Of a stretch of 64,000 nucleotides of DNA, positions 36,201 through 51,200 are shown in pieces (the stretch's first letter is position 1; each line of letters begins with the position of its first letter). Both the position numbers and the translations under genes were made by a program. Origin of the DNA: Bugula neritina (lineage: Eukaryota > Animalia > Bryozoa); NCBI GenBank assembly GCA_964035545.1, contig OZ037773.1:5609751-5673750 (forward strand). The letters run 5' to 3'. The notes beneath the pieces are model-generated. The model ran no database searches, was not told where the DNA came from, and saw only the letters and a program-made list of their open reading frames with translations.

Positions 36201-39200
36201 TATGCTTATAATAAAGTATCTAGTCATTATTCTCTCTCATATGCTCACAAAACGCTCTCATAGGTCTATAATTTGCTCCAATACCCTTATTATTCATGCT
36301 CTTAGATCTATTATTTGGTCTCACAGTGTTATTATTCATTCCCGTACTCTTATATACCCTTATTTCTCTCTCTTCTATGTGTCATACAGTACAAGTAAGC
36401 ACCTTATTAATATTAGAAAACAGGTTGAAAACATTGGGTATACTCAATAAACTTCAGTTGAATATTTTTACTAAAGATTGTACTATGGCTGCTGTTTCTG
36501 CCGCTGCATGATGTATTTTGATTGTCTACTATGTGACCTACAGCCAATTTAGTTAAAATCAATATAATGTTTTGAATATAGCAAAAACGTATCATTATTT
36601 GGTGTCAAAAAAAATAAAACTGACCAAAATAATATCATTTAGGTTTTATAAAGTACTAATAGGACACTTTTGCTTTCTTATAATATTATGGAATTTATAT
36701 CTTTTATGTATTGTTTGTAGTAGACAGACTTTCTAACAAGATAGCAAATGCTCTTCCACTGATGTTTCTACAGTATCAGTAGCTTTCCTCGAAATAAACT
36801 CATAGATTTTCGATTCAATAAATCTCAGCAACCTTTGCTGTATAAAACCTATTAAGACACTAGTGGCTTGAAACGTATGCCAGATTGGCATTTTAGCAGT
36901 TTTTTAGCTAAAATCATTTCAACTATAGTCCCAGTTATAACGTGTCTAAATATTATGCTATTTGTAAAAGTAATTCTCGCAATTATTTTAGGTTGACTGT
37001 GGAAACTTTAGCGAACCAAAAACAGTAAATAAAATCTATCCTGGAAGTGCTAGTTCTTTGAAAGACGAGATTTGTGGGTTCAAGTCCGGGTCAAGGATAG
37101 AATGCCTTGTACGGGCCAAGACCACCATTCCTGCTGTCTCTGTTTCTGTTAACACTACTACAAAATTTGACTGTAAGTTTCTGCAGCAAATCACTGATGC
37201 TTCATACTACGTGTTGCAGGTCTGCATTGATCTGCATGTGGTCTCAGCTTTAGTGCATAACTATATGAAAACTATTCCATTTGTAGAAATAGTTACAAGT
37301 ATGGTTGCCGTGATTAACAGTATAAAAATTGTTTTGTTTTATTCAAAAACAAAACAAGGCACATGCAAGCTACTAGCTTGCATGTGCCTTGTTTGAATAC
37401 TACGAGTCTCGAGCTCAGGGCTCACGGATCATCAACCCAGCGCTCATACCCCTCTACTACATATAACACCACACTGAACAAACTCTATTAATAGTATTAT
37501 TCATATTTTAGTCTGTGCGCTCAAGCATGACTCTTATCTAGATTTAGTGATATCAAGCCTTATATTCTAGCAATGACAAACCAAAATAATGTTTGCGTTT
37601 AATTTTGGTGGCTCACTCTACATGCCATTACAGTTTCTTTACCCTTGATACTTTATAATTCATTAATTGACCCCAAGTTTATATAATATTTTGGAGTTCT
37701 TGCATTTTTACCTGTTGTAACTGATGAAAAAAAGTTATTAGTTTTACATATACTATTTTCTGTATAGATTGAAAGAATCTGATGTATATACATAATTATA
37801 ATATTCAACGGCATTGCAAATTCAATAGACCCTTTGCAGGGGTCCCCAATGCCCCCCCCCCCTTTATAATTAAGAGTTGTGGTCTCCCAAAATGAAATTT
37901 GTTGCGCAAAATAGACTTGAACTCAATTTTGTGGCTTTGGTTGCTGAGCAATGCTGAAATGCCACACCAGCATTGCCCAGTAACCAAAACCACAAAAATG
38001 CTTTCAAGTTTATTTCCATCAAAATTATCCATGAAGAAATTTTTTTTAATTTTTTTTGAAATGCTTATATGTGTGCTTACACCAAATTATCTATCTTTTA
38101 AAATAACAACTCTATAGCGTAATTAAAATTTTAAGTAGCAGTCAAACTTTAAAGTTTTAATGAGTTTGCACTTTATACAAAGGTTCAACCTATTCACTTT
38201 GGGGGAACACAACTCTTAATTGTAAAGGGGACATCAGGGAGCTCTGAAAAGGGTCTATTATAAAATTTTACTTTTATGATCTTTTAAAATAGATATAGTA
38301 TATAAATAAAATGTAATTATAAACTATAATTTGGTAAAATTATTTCTTAAGGTTTGATAGAACAATTATGATTTTGTAACAGTTTTTCATTTAGTATTTA
38401 TGGTTTAATTCTTATTGGCTTACCATAATATATTATGTTGCAGTTGGCAAAATCACACTGAGTTCTAACTCACCTGCTATTGGAGAGTCTGGGTTTTATG
38501 AAGTTATGCTCCCTCAAATCAACGCCAGCGCAATACCAGGAACTGTCCAGTAGGTTTTAAATGTCAATGAACTAAGTGTAATTTTTCTACCTTTTTCTAT
38601 TAATCATGCAAAAGCTAGTGGTAGCTTAAATTCATTGTATACAGTTTTCATTAAATGGTAATTAATAGTAATTATCTCTCTCTTTCTTGAAAATGATTCT
38701 ATAGACTAGATTAAATGCAATGTTCTGATAAAAATGTTTGTCTAGGCATGTTTAATCGGTTAGTTGAGTTTACCAACAGTATCTTGTATCAACTTGAACG
38801 TTTAATTTGAAACTTTCTCATAAACCAAACTGTTTAACTAACTTATAAAATAAAGTTACCGTATTGAACAAAATATTTTTTATTGTTGGTTTATGAAAAG
38901 TGATTTTACATCTTATTTTGCTTTAGCACAGCTTTTATATAGCAAAGTTGAACGTCTATGTTAATCAATAAATTAGGCTAATAATATACTAACAATTTTA
39001 TTGTTAAAAACCTATAACGCTGCATTGTTTTTGTAGAGGGTACAACGTAATTATAAGCTATACAGCTACTAAAAGACGAAAGCGGGCTATAAATTGCGAC
39101 TTTGATCGATCACGAGCCGGCCCTACGACCTTTGACCCGTTGCTGACTTACAACGACTCCGTTACCTGTGGGCTAGATTACTATTTGGCAGCCAAACTTG

Positions 39201-42200
39201 ATGAGGAGGTACAGCCAGGTAAGAATACTCTGACATCTACCAGTCCTAGTGGCTGACTAGTTAGTCAGTCAGTTGTACTCAGTCAATGACTAGTAGTCAG
39301 TGAGTCACATTTATATTCAGTTGTAATCAATCAGTGAAATGTACTCAGCTAATCAGTTGTAGTCAGTCAGTTGGTTAGTTACAGTTAGTCAATCAGTTTC
39401 TCTTGATCAATCAGTTGAACTCAGTCAGTAAGTTGTGGACAGTCAGAAAGTTCAATATGATCAGTGACTCAGTCAGTTGTACTCAATTAGTTAAACTCGC
39501 ATTGCTGGTGACTATAGACTATCACATACTTTTTCTCAGCTGTTAATATGATATTTAGTTTCCATTGAGATGATGTTTAGTAGAAATAAGCTGTGCTAAT
39601 ACCACAAGTAAAAGTGACTAGATTATATGTTACGACTACTGTCGCTGAATGCTGAACTAAGTAGAACTACTTCCAGGGTACGTGTTTCCTGTTGGTGATG
39701 GTAAAGTGTATAATGGCGTTGTAAATGCCGAGTTGGAAGAAGGCTTGGCCTACAGCGTGTACTACGGGGTGGATGTCACGCTAGCGGTAAGTGTGGTATT
39801 TCAGTAGTTCATCTTAGCAGTTACCACAAAGTATTTAACTAGAGAAGTTGTAGGATGTGATTTCACATTATATTGATATATATCTTACTTGAAAGTATTG
39901 TCATTTGACTTTTCTATAACAATAGAGGGGTTTCAGACATCCCTCCAGAGGAATTTGTATTTTAAAGTTGTCTCCCCCTACAGGTATTAGGGGCAGTCTC
40001 AATGATATATAGAAGGCCCATAAAATAAGTAGAAATGTAAGGTTTGAGTGAAGACTACTACTAGTATAAGTTTCATTTTTTCTGAGATTAATATTTTGGC
40101 ATAAGTACACATATGAGCAGTTTCAAAAAAATTTTAAAAAATTTTGTTAATGATAAATGGCACAAAAAGAAAACTTCAAAGCATATTTGTGGTTTTGGTT
40201 ATTGAGCAAATCTGAAGCTGGCAGCTGTCATTATTATTTGCTTTGCTGACTGTAACCAGTCTGGTTAGAGCTGCTAACCTTTCAACTCTTAGAACAATAA
40301 TAACATGCTCGTACACTATATAGCTGCACTAGTGGGCTCTGTCTTACTGAACTCCAAATGCTCCAAATTATGGATTGGAACACATGCCTGTACGTTTATG
40401 AAGGCACTGGCTCATTTGTATTAACATTTTCACGTACTTACACACCTATACTATGAAAATAACTAAGCCACCCTACTATCTAATATTTCTATATATCAAA
40501 AAAATTATTATAAATATAAAGATATGTATTAAATAGATAGATTAAGTTTGTAATTTCAAACAACATCTTATCTAAAAATGCCAAACACTGTATAACTATA
40601 TATATTTTTTAAAAGCATTTGTTTACATGGCATGCCTGCAAGTCAATGAAAATATTTAGAGAACAGTAAAAAGAAGCATATAAATTTCAGAATAGTTTCT
40701 TCTTTTCTGAGATGAATATTTTGGAAATGTCCCACCATTCAACATTTAAATTAATTTCTGTAAAAAAAATTTCACAGTGTATTTTCAATAAATAACTATT
40801 CTTGCAAGCTGTTTGTATACCAACATCCCTAATAAAGAAATGTTTTTGGAGCATTGTAAATTGTATACTGCTGCATTGCAGAAAAAATCATCAAAAAAAG
40901 CACTTTTCAGCCAAAGCAACTTATTTTGTTTTCAAAAAAAAAGTTGAAATGTACATTTAGTACCAGCTGTAAAGTATAGAAAGAACGAACTATGTCATAA
41001 TGACTGCATTCTTATGACACTAATAAAATTAAGATTGGCTTTACTCCATACGGATCTTGCTCAAAGGTGGAGTTCTAAATAATGCTACTAAGTTTCACTA
41101 AATTCCCAGCTAATACTTTTTATATCAAATCATTTGGCTTTACTGATTTAGCTATATTATGTACATTTTGTACTTATTTATCTCTAAGTCAGTTTTCAGC
41201 CATATATTTGACCGCATTGCTATACTTCCTTTGTGCCAGCATTCTCTCCTTTATATCTTTTCTGTGGTTTCTAATAATTTTCAGTGGTATGTCACTATGT
41301 AAACTATGTGAACCATCAGGCTATCTCTTATACAATGCATGCTGCTATAAGAATAACAGCAGCTGTTTTGTATTCAATCAACCTCGGTGCAAGAATTTTG
41401 TTTGCTTGAAGCTCTCTGTTGAGTAGCTGTCTCTATATTACATAACTGCTTATTCAAGAAAGTGCACGATGAGAACTGTCCAACTTTAGCTGTCTAACTT
41501 AAATTACATTATATAGGATTACATCACTACATAATAAGCTGATTAAACAACACATAGAAATCGGCCAAAAACACCACACACTTGACTAGCTCTAGTTTGA
41601 CTCATTTATATTTCGAGTTTTTCACATTACTTGAACACGCTTTAGCCAATTTGTTGCATTATTTTTCATCCATACATGTAATACAAAGATTTAGTATATT
41701 AATTTTTAGGTTTGGATTGTCTAATAGGCAGGTATCGCAGATATTTAATCAGACTGCGAAGTTGCTTAGAGAAGCTCTAAATCCAATGATAGTATTTTAT
41801 CAACACAAGGAGGTTAATAAAACAATTCCACCTCAATGAACTTTGACCTAGTTAACTAGACCACTGTAAAATGGCATGCCAGAACAAACACAAACCAGCT
41901 TGCAAGAATAATTATTCATTGAAAATACACTGTGAAAAATTCTTTTACAGACTTAATTTAAATGTTGAATTGTGGGACATTTCCAAAATATTTATCTCAG
42001 AAAAGAAGAAACTATTCTGAAATTTATATGCTTCTTTTTACTGTTCTTTAAATATTTCCATTGACTTGCAGGCATGCCATGTAAACAAATGCTTTTAAAA
42101 AATATATATAGTTATACAGTGTTTGGCATTTTTAGATAAGATGTTGTTTGAAATTACAAATTTAATCTATCTATTTTAATACATATCTTTATATTTATAA

Positions 42201-45200
42201 TAATTTTTTTGATATATAGAAATATTAGATAGTAGGGTGGCTTAGTTATTTTCATAGTATAGGTGTGTAAGTACGTGAAAATGTTAATACAAATGAGCCA
42301 GTGCCTTCATAAACGTACAGGCATGTGTTCCAATCCATAATTTGGAGCATTTGGAGTTCAGTAAGACAGAGCCCACTAGTGCAGCTATATAGTGTACGAG
42401 CATGTTATTATTGTTCTAAGAGTTGAAAGGTTAGCAGCTCTAACCAGACTGGTTACAGTCAGCAAAGCAAATAATAATGACAGCTGCCAGCTTCAGATTT
42501 GCTCAATAACCAAAACCACAAATATGCTTTGAAGTTTTCTTTTTGTGCCATTTATCATTAACAAAATTTTTTAAAATTTTTTTGAAACTGCTCATATGTG
42601 TACTTATGCCAAAATATTAATCTCAGAAAAAATGAAACTTATACTAGTAGTAGTCTTCACTCAAACCTTACATTTCTACTTATTTTATGGGCCTTCTATA
42701 TATCATTGAGACTGCCCCTAATACCTGTAGGGGGAGACAACTTTAAAATACAAATTCCTCTGGAGGGATGTCTGAAACCCCTCTATTGGTGGTTTATCCA
42801 TGCCTTTCTTAAATTTACAGTATTTATTGCCAATTTTAATTTCCTTGTTATTTGAATTTATATTATAATGTTACAGGGAGAAACTCTTGTGGTGGTACAG
42901 TTTCTAGACCAAAGTATTGGTTCTTTCGCAGGTAATTCTTGCTATAAATGCAGTTCACTCTTTACTCCTACTAATTAAACTAAATTATCCAGTGCATATC
43001 TATTATATTATAAATCTCGTGCTGCCTTACAAAGCAATGTTCTGTAATGAAAATCATTAAACAAGTTTTTTTACTTTCTGCAAAAAAATTAAGTTTTGCG
43101 TCTAAAAATTCAGAGTTATCTTCTCTTAAATGTAGAAGATAACTCCAATTCTGCATAAAAATATTTTCATTATTGTGCCTTAGATGTATTACAAACCCCA
43201 AAGTGAAATTGTTCCATATTTAGAACTTTTTGGCACCTCAGCTCTCATTATTAGACTGAACCTAAATTTAGCAGTTATTTTACACGGAAATGATTTTGCA
43301 TTTTCTACTAATGGTTATAAAATTTATGTAACTAGAAATCTCTTGGGAAATGTATATATGTAATTCCTAAACGTGATCACTTTGGAAACTGCTGATAAAT
43401 TAGCTGAGAACTTCATTTCTATTCCAAAAATGCTCCAATATCAGGTTTACATGATAAGATAAAAATGTAGATGCACTAACCATGTGTGTATCTTTATTTT
43501 TACAAAGTGTAGCCAATTTTCTGTCTGACTTGTTTGGAAACAATTTCGAACGTTTATTAAATATGATAACCATTTCAATTAAATACTATTAATGAGCTCT
43601 ACAGTAAATCTCTGTTTCAGCATCTGATATTCATATAGAATGTGAAGAGGTATTGTGGGTAGGAAGTTAGACATCAGAGGAACTGCATTAGAACTCTTGC
43701 AGTCTAATAAAAAAATCTCTTCAAGCTTTTCAAAATATGAATTAAGTTGAACACAAATTTGTTATTCAAACATTACTTTGCTCAATGCAACAAAATCTGC
43801 CTATGTTTTTCTGCAAACATAGGTAATGAGCAAATAAATTACTTGATCTAATTTATATAAGTAAAATAATTTAATTTATTGATACATAATAAATATTTTA
43901 ATTTTAGTAAATCCTATCACAACTACCGTGCATCCAAAGCAAAGAGCTCCACCTCCAAAAGGAAGCAAAATGGCCATCATAGTAGCTGCTGTTGTGTCAT
44001 CACTTATTGCTGTCATTATCTTCGCAATAGTTGTGGTTCTACTCGTGAGGAATCGAAAAATTACGTGAGTTTTAAAATATATGTTCCCTCATTTATCTTC
44101 AAATTATTGGTTTGCAGGTTAAATGTGATGCTTAAAAGTGAAATTAGTGTTAGTTACTTTCTCTATTTATTCATATTTGATTTGCTCTGAATTTTGTGTA
44201 TAACCCTATAAATATATGTAGTAGTTGTCTTCTCTATTAGTTAGAAAGCTACTTCATTCAACCTGCCACTAGAAACAACAAACTAATACCATGAAAGTAT
44301 TTATTGAAATTCTTTTTTATTATGACTGGAGTGTAGGGCAACGCAGCAATTTGCTCAGCTGATAGTTAAATTCTGTTCACTGCAAGCAGAAGTGGACGGA
44401 ATTTGGTTTACATGAATATCCTTTAATATTAAAAATAAATGTAATTTTGATAAATGAGCGATTTATTCTCTTTGTAAAAGGATGCGCCTTATTTTGAGAC
44501 CAACATGTTTGTAATTTTTCTCATCGATTGTTTCATCTCTCTCCCAACACATTTTATAGCAGTTTAGAAGCCTGCATTATATTTTTTTGTATTTTGTCAT
44601 TGAAGCTGGTATCAAGATAATAGTAGAAATCGTGGGTTAATGGGTCTACACTCTACAGTATTTTACATTTATTTATAGCAAGAGTATGCAATTTTGTTGT
44701 AAAATAAACTACCCAATTGGCTGGAAGCTTAAGGCAGCATGTGAAAAGTTTTGCATAAATGTAGCTTGCATAGCCAGAAATTTAGATTGTTCTGCGCTCC
44801 CAACGCTTTTAAGTCTGCCAAAGACTTCTTGCATTAAAACTAAACTTCATTGCAAAGTAGCAATAGACTAATTTCAGCTTTCAGTTCTGTTGAATGCTAC
44901 TAGCATACAATCTCGGAGGATGCAACAGAATTCCTCTGTTGCAAATACATGCTTGTTAGTACCAGCCTGGAAGTTATAGCTTGTGTATAACGTGAGAGGT
45001 TCTGAGCTAATTGCTTGCATCCCACAAGGCAAAGTAGCGGGCTGAAGAAAATTAGTCTAATTTCATGAGTCATAATGGTTAGCATTTGCCAGCATAATGA
45101 GTGTTGCGGTATAACGTTACGTAGCACGCTCAGTTGAGATTAAACATAGACCACGTGCATTCAGGCGTGTATAGAGTTGATAGTAATTTACACTCACTGA

Positions 45201-48200
45201 ACCAATACATCTCTAACTAGTCGGCTCACTACAATACGCCATCTGGTTGCTTACCAGCTTATTCGTTTCAATCAGTCAAGCATTTATCAGAGTGACTTTG
45301 ATACGTCTGCGAGCTGTTCAGTTTATCTGTGACTTGTCGTCTGCTAGAGTAACACGTCTGCTGCAGCAACATACGTACTTATTTTGTGTTGACTTCCTCT
45401 TCTGTGCCAGCTGTGAGTTAGGTAACATGTGGAGCTGTGTGGGATGTTGTAGAAAAAAGAAAGAGTTGTCTGCCATTGAGCTGACTAGAGGGGAAAATGA
45501 ATATACGAATCCGACAGCACCTTCTGTCAGCGCTAGACCTAGAAGCACGTTTGTTCCGACAACTGAATCGAATGGTAATCTAAATATTTGAACACTTCAT
45601 CTGACTAATTCAGTAGAACCTTCTTATGTATAGAATTTGTAGAATTTAGTTACCATTTTTATGCAGTATGTGCAAAGATGTTGAGGTTGTACTTTGGTTC
45701 TAATGAATATCAACTACTTAAAATGTTCTCTACTAAATAATACTAGTTATATAAGATATAAAATCTATAAATCTATCATCTATAGATTACAGATTTTCTA
45801 TAATGTTCAAACCTAAGCTGATATAGTTTACAGTAGAAGGAAATTTTTAGACATTTATGTGTTGCTGATTACAGTTTTTTAATAAACTCCTACTAGTGGC
45901 TGCAAATAACAATATTCAAATATATATGCTAGTACATTCTGTAAACTATATTATATATTTTGTAATATGCTCTAACAATATCATTTAAATATCTTCACTA
46001 CATTTAATGCCACCTACTTTAAACCTAATGAAGCATGTCTATAGAGATAACAAGGATTAGTTTCAATATATATTAATAGAAATATTGAATAAATATTTTA
46101 TAGAAGTAGTATGAAGTTATAATAGTTAATAAGTGTGTAAAGCTGCTAGCTACTCTATACCACTGTATAAGGAGTTAAGACTGTCTCTTATTGATTTATT
46201 GGCTGTTATTTCAGGTGTGAAGAAGCAGAAAAATAAGAAATATAGGAATATAAAGGGTGACTATGAGAACTGCCCGACTTTGCCATCCCCGACATTGTAT
46301 GGAGAGAGCGAGGCTATACCTGTAGATAAACTCATGTGGTATATTGAGTCGAATAAGGAGCTCATTCTAAAACAGTATGAGGTAGGGTCGGGGGTTTGAG
46401 CCCTCTCATAGTAATAATGAGAGTTTAGAAATACTGCAGTCTACATGTAGGATACTGTAATAGAGTAAAGGGTTAGTGTCCCACACCCTATGATGCTATG
46501 GAAGTATTAGACAAGGGTAAGGGCTTTAGGCCACCTGCTGTTGATATATTTGGAAATCTGCCATTTTTTCTACAGTGAAATCCTTTTGATTTGTACTATA
46601 TTTGTACAAATATCAAAATTAAGTTCAGTTTTTCTATGCACTCATTTATTTTTGACAATTTATAATAAACGGTGATGAAGTCAATTAAAATGAAGTAATT
46701 ATTTCCATTTCCCAATTATCAGGGAAAGAAAAGCTTGCACGTTGATTTCCCTACCTGATTGCATAATTTCTGCAGGAGGTATTATATATGCAGCGCTTCC
46801 TTGTATATACTCCACCCGTTTTGGGGTCAAAGGCACTAAAATTCATTGTATAAAAATACTATAGCATCACTCTGTTGCCATGGCAACTGAAACACTGCTG
46901 GTAGGCATTCCATGTAGTAACTAGTAATCTTAATTACTGACTGGGTAAAGCTAGGAGTAATGTAATTTATATGGTATAGTTTCATTGCATAGTCTGCCGT
47001 ATATAATACAATGTACTCCTATGTTAGTAGTTTATACCCTCCCACCTAATTACCTTAATAAATCTCGGCATGGTATTATTTAACACGCAGCTGCATGTTT
47101 GCACCTTCATCTGTGTATGTATAACAAGCAGCCACCATGCCTTCCTGGTTACTACTAAAACTGCCTACAATGATCTTCCCTGATAAATTATTATTTACTA
47201 GTTGCTAAAACCTTGGCTATATTTAGTGTCACTGTAATAAACTGTTGGTGTCTATTTTTAGAAACTGTCAGATGTGGCTGTGGGAGAAAGCCTGGCAGCA
47301 CATCTTCCTGAGAATAAGTCAAAGTGTAGATATAAGGACTTGTATCCAGGTATTGTACTGCTGCCTTTCTAATCTATAAATAGTAGTAATGGTACTTGTT
47401 AATACATAATAGCAATAATCATAACTTGAACAGAGAGTGTCTTATAAAACAGAAATTGACAACATTCCTCTCGCTCATTAATGTTCCAAGAATTTGCTGC
47501 TTCAAACAATTCTCTGAGCTATGACTCATTTAAAGCCGTGACTGAGTTTTGATTGGTTGTCATAACAGCTACAGTCAACTTTACTAATCTTTGAAGTTCT
47601 TTATTTAATATTCTAGAAAGTTCTTTATATATTTTTGAAATTGGCACATTTAATTTTCCACTGATTATCTTCCGATAGTTTCACTAATTAAGTGGGATGC
47701 TTTATTTTGCTGTATACCAGTTGCCGTTTGCCAATTATTACTTTTCCTTTTGCCCGAATGAGTAAGTTTCCATGTCCACATGTCATTTTGGATGGAAGTC
47801 TTAAATTCTTGAGAGAAACATGGAAGTCTTCAATTTTATACAAACAAACCTGTTGAATAGCTTTCTGATGGCTATAGGGAAAGGAGTGGTTTAGGGGTTA
47901 GAGCGCTTGCCTAGTAAACACGAAGTCATGGGTTCGAACCACGACAGAGGCCATTGGTGATGTTAGGAAGAGCATCCAGTCATAATTCCTCCTGTGCCCC
48001 TTCTGAATAAGTCATTAGCCAAATTTAATAGAAAACCCTTCCATCAAGGGTTTTCTCACAATGACTATAAACTTGCATCAGTTACAATCATGACATATTA
48101 TAAACTGTGATCCATGAATTCATCTCTACACTCTAGCTTTAGGTCAGTAATTACATAAACTAGCTATTTATTTGAACTTCAAGTAATTTATAACATACTT

Positions 48201-51200
48201 CCTACATATAATTCATACAAAAGGCTACAATTTGCTATGAGCTAGTTAATTCCAGATTTGATTATTACACATACCTGAATTATTTATAACTAGGGGCCTA
48301 TCTGGGGGAATATATGGTGCATTGTCTAATTTATTTAGTCTTAATTAGCATGTAAGGTTTGTTATTACCAGAGTACAAATTTCAAGTGCTTGAACTTTGA
48401 GTTGTATTTTGATACATTGCTCATGTTACATAACGATGTATTATGTAAGAGACAATATCTTGTGGTAACATCTCGTAATGGCTAAGATTTTTCACCTTGA
48501 CCTGGAAGTGATGTGCTGGGACAAACAGTCCAGCCAAACATGTAAATTTTGTTTTTCATTTCTGGTAAATCTGAAATATTTCTCTTCGCTATTTGAGGTT
48601 TCCTCCACTTTTTATAGCAAGGGGTTTGTTTTTAATGCAGCTGTATAGGCAATAATTGAATATAAGGTTTTAATTCTCTGTGCACAGCCAAATTGTTATT
48701 CTGAAACTAAAAATCATGCATTAGATGTAATATATAAAAATATAATGATAGCAATAGAGGGTAAATTACAGAGTATAATATATCATATAATGATAGTAGA
48801 AGAGTGTAAACTACACAGTATAATATATAATATAATGATAGTGGAAGAGGGTAAATTACGTATAAGTATAATATAGATCATACTAATAGTAGAGGTTTTG
48901 TTTTAGTCGATGAATTCAGGGTGTTACTGAGAAGGCTTCCATCTCAAGGTACAGATTTCATCAATGCTAGCTATATCTCTGTAAGTACCAGTTATTCAGC
49001 TATATTTCTTAGTTTAGGCTAGTTTTATGTTTTTTTTTCTGTTATGTTTTCATTTTAAATTACACTACAGTATATTAGTTTATACTTGATAACTATATTA
49101 AGTTGGTGCCATCTTTAATAAAGTAATGTTTTTGAAGCTTTGTTATAAATTTAACTATTTAATGTAATTTTTTTCATGTTTTAACAAAAAATGTATTACA
49201 TTATATGCAAATTGTTTTGCTATGATATTATTTGTCACCTGCCATTCCTTTTACTTCAAGTACTAACATAAAAATTTCCAAACTAAATTTCAGATAAACT
49301 TACCGAGTTGCTAGCTGTGTTTTTATCGAACAAAATAACAAGAAAAACTTCACTCATGCAGCTGTGATGTGTTATAGGATCGCAGTAATTATATTGACAG
49401 ATTTTATTAGTCAGATCAAAGCGATCACCTCCACAAGCTATGAATTACTCTATATTACATAATATATTACTAATTGCTGTGTGCTGACAACTCTTATTAA
49501 GTTTTGCCTTTTTGCAGGGATATGAGAAAGAAAATAAATTTATAGCCGCCCAAGGTCAGTACTTGACATTGGATTATTTAAAACTTTTCTATATGAGAAA
49601 CTAGTGTGTCTTCATCACTACCTATACATGTGTGTAGCCTTGCCTGGTAGTCCATAATGCAATTTACCACATTTTGACGTGGGGAGATCATTTGTTAGAG
49701 ATTTTATTATTGTGTTGTTGAGAAAGTGGTATGAGTTATATACAGTGTAAGACACAAATTCAGTCCTTGTCAAGCATTAAACCACGTTTGTTTTCGTAAA
49801 CAATAATTGAATTTATTACAACTAGTGACATTATGTAATTAATGATGCTAGGGATTAGTGATATTAGTGGTGCTAGTAATTAGTGATATTAGTTGTGCTA
49901 GTAATTAGTGATCTTAGTGATACTAGTAATTAGTGATCCTAGTGGTGCTAGTAATTAGTGATATTAATAGTTAGTGATGTTAGTGATTAGTTAGATATAC
50001 TAGCTGTTAGCCTTGGTGCATTCAAGCGTTATGGCAATAACTGGTCATCTATTAGGAATAGGCTACCAGCAAATGTATATAATATTGCAACAACTTATTA
50101 ATACTATTATTATAGACATAGTGATATTGTAATAGTGACATAATTGTATACATAATGCATGTTTATTTTATGCTGCATAATAACAATAACAATACTGAGT
50201 AATGCTATAAACTATTCCAACTGTGCGTCAGGTAACAGGTTATAGAAAGCTGTAATGCAACAACTCTGATATTCCATCACTTACTCACCTTTACATATTT
50301 TGTGAAAAAAAAGGGAGATAAACATACTGGTTATGTGTTCTAAAATAGTGTTTACAGTGATTTATTTATAAGTATAGAATTGTTTTACCTCAGTTAATGA
50401 GAAAATTTGGGTCCCTAAGAAAACTTTGACAACAATGCCTCTAGATATTACAAAAAGAGAGAATAAACATTTAAATAAACATGAGGAAAAACTATTTAAT
50501 TTTTCTAAACCCTTGTGTCTTGGTGTATTGTTACATCATATATTAAGTATTGCATAACCACAGTAGCTGATCTAACTGCAGATAGTTACTATGAATGTTT
50601 TCAATCAGATCAAGTTGATGACTCATCACTTCACCACAATCACTTAGTGATGTCATTCACTTGTCAACAATAGCAGATTTATTTCTAAACAATAGTCTGT
50701 GGCTTATTGAAGGTCCCACTCATGCGACAATTGAAGATTTCTGGTTGATGATTTGGCAACAACAGATTACATCTGTTGTCATGGCAACGAAAGCATTCGA
50801 AACAAACAAGGTAGCATTAGATATGATCATATACCTGTATTTGTAAAAAGAAACATGATAATTAGGTCATGGTTTTACTATTTTTTGATGAAAATCAAAC
50901 AATAAAATACTGAAATTAGTGTCAGATTCAAGATAAGGATTAAGTACTGCACTGTATAAATGGTTGACATGGTGAACTTTTCAATTCTGCTCTTTCCTTC
51001 CCAAAAAATACAGTTGCTACACAAATATTGCTGATTTCTATAAGTATTCTAACATATATTATTTGTTTAAAATTGATTAAAGTTTTTTGTAGAAATTGTT
51101 GTTTGTGAGTGTGCAGTGTATGTGCGTGCGTGCGTTCGCCGTCTGTGTGAGTATATATTTACACTTCTCACTGTTGTGTTTAGATGAAGTGCTTACAATA

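Noticed and set aside
42598-42855. ORF duplicated with 39901-40110 ([11 protein letters not shown]...)
   Set aside because: A by-product of the transposon's inverted arms; no protein signature.
47877-47950. Possible tRNA gene
   Set aside because: A and B boxes are present but there is no pairing acceptor stem, and it continues into a SINE-like body.
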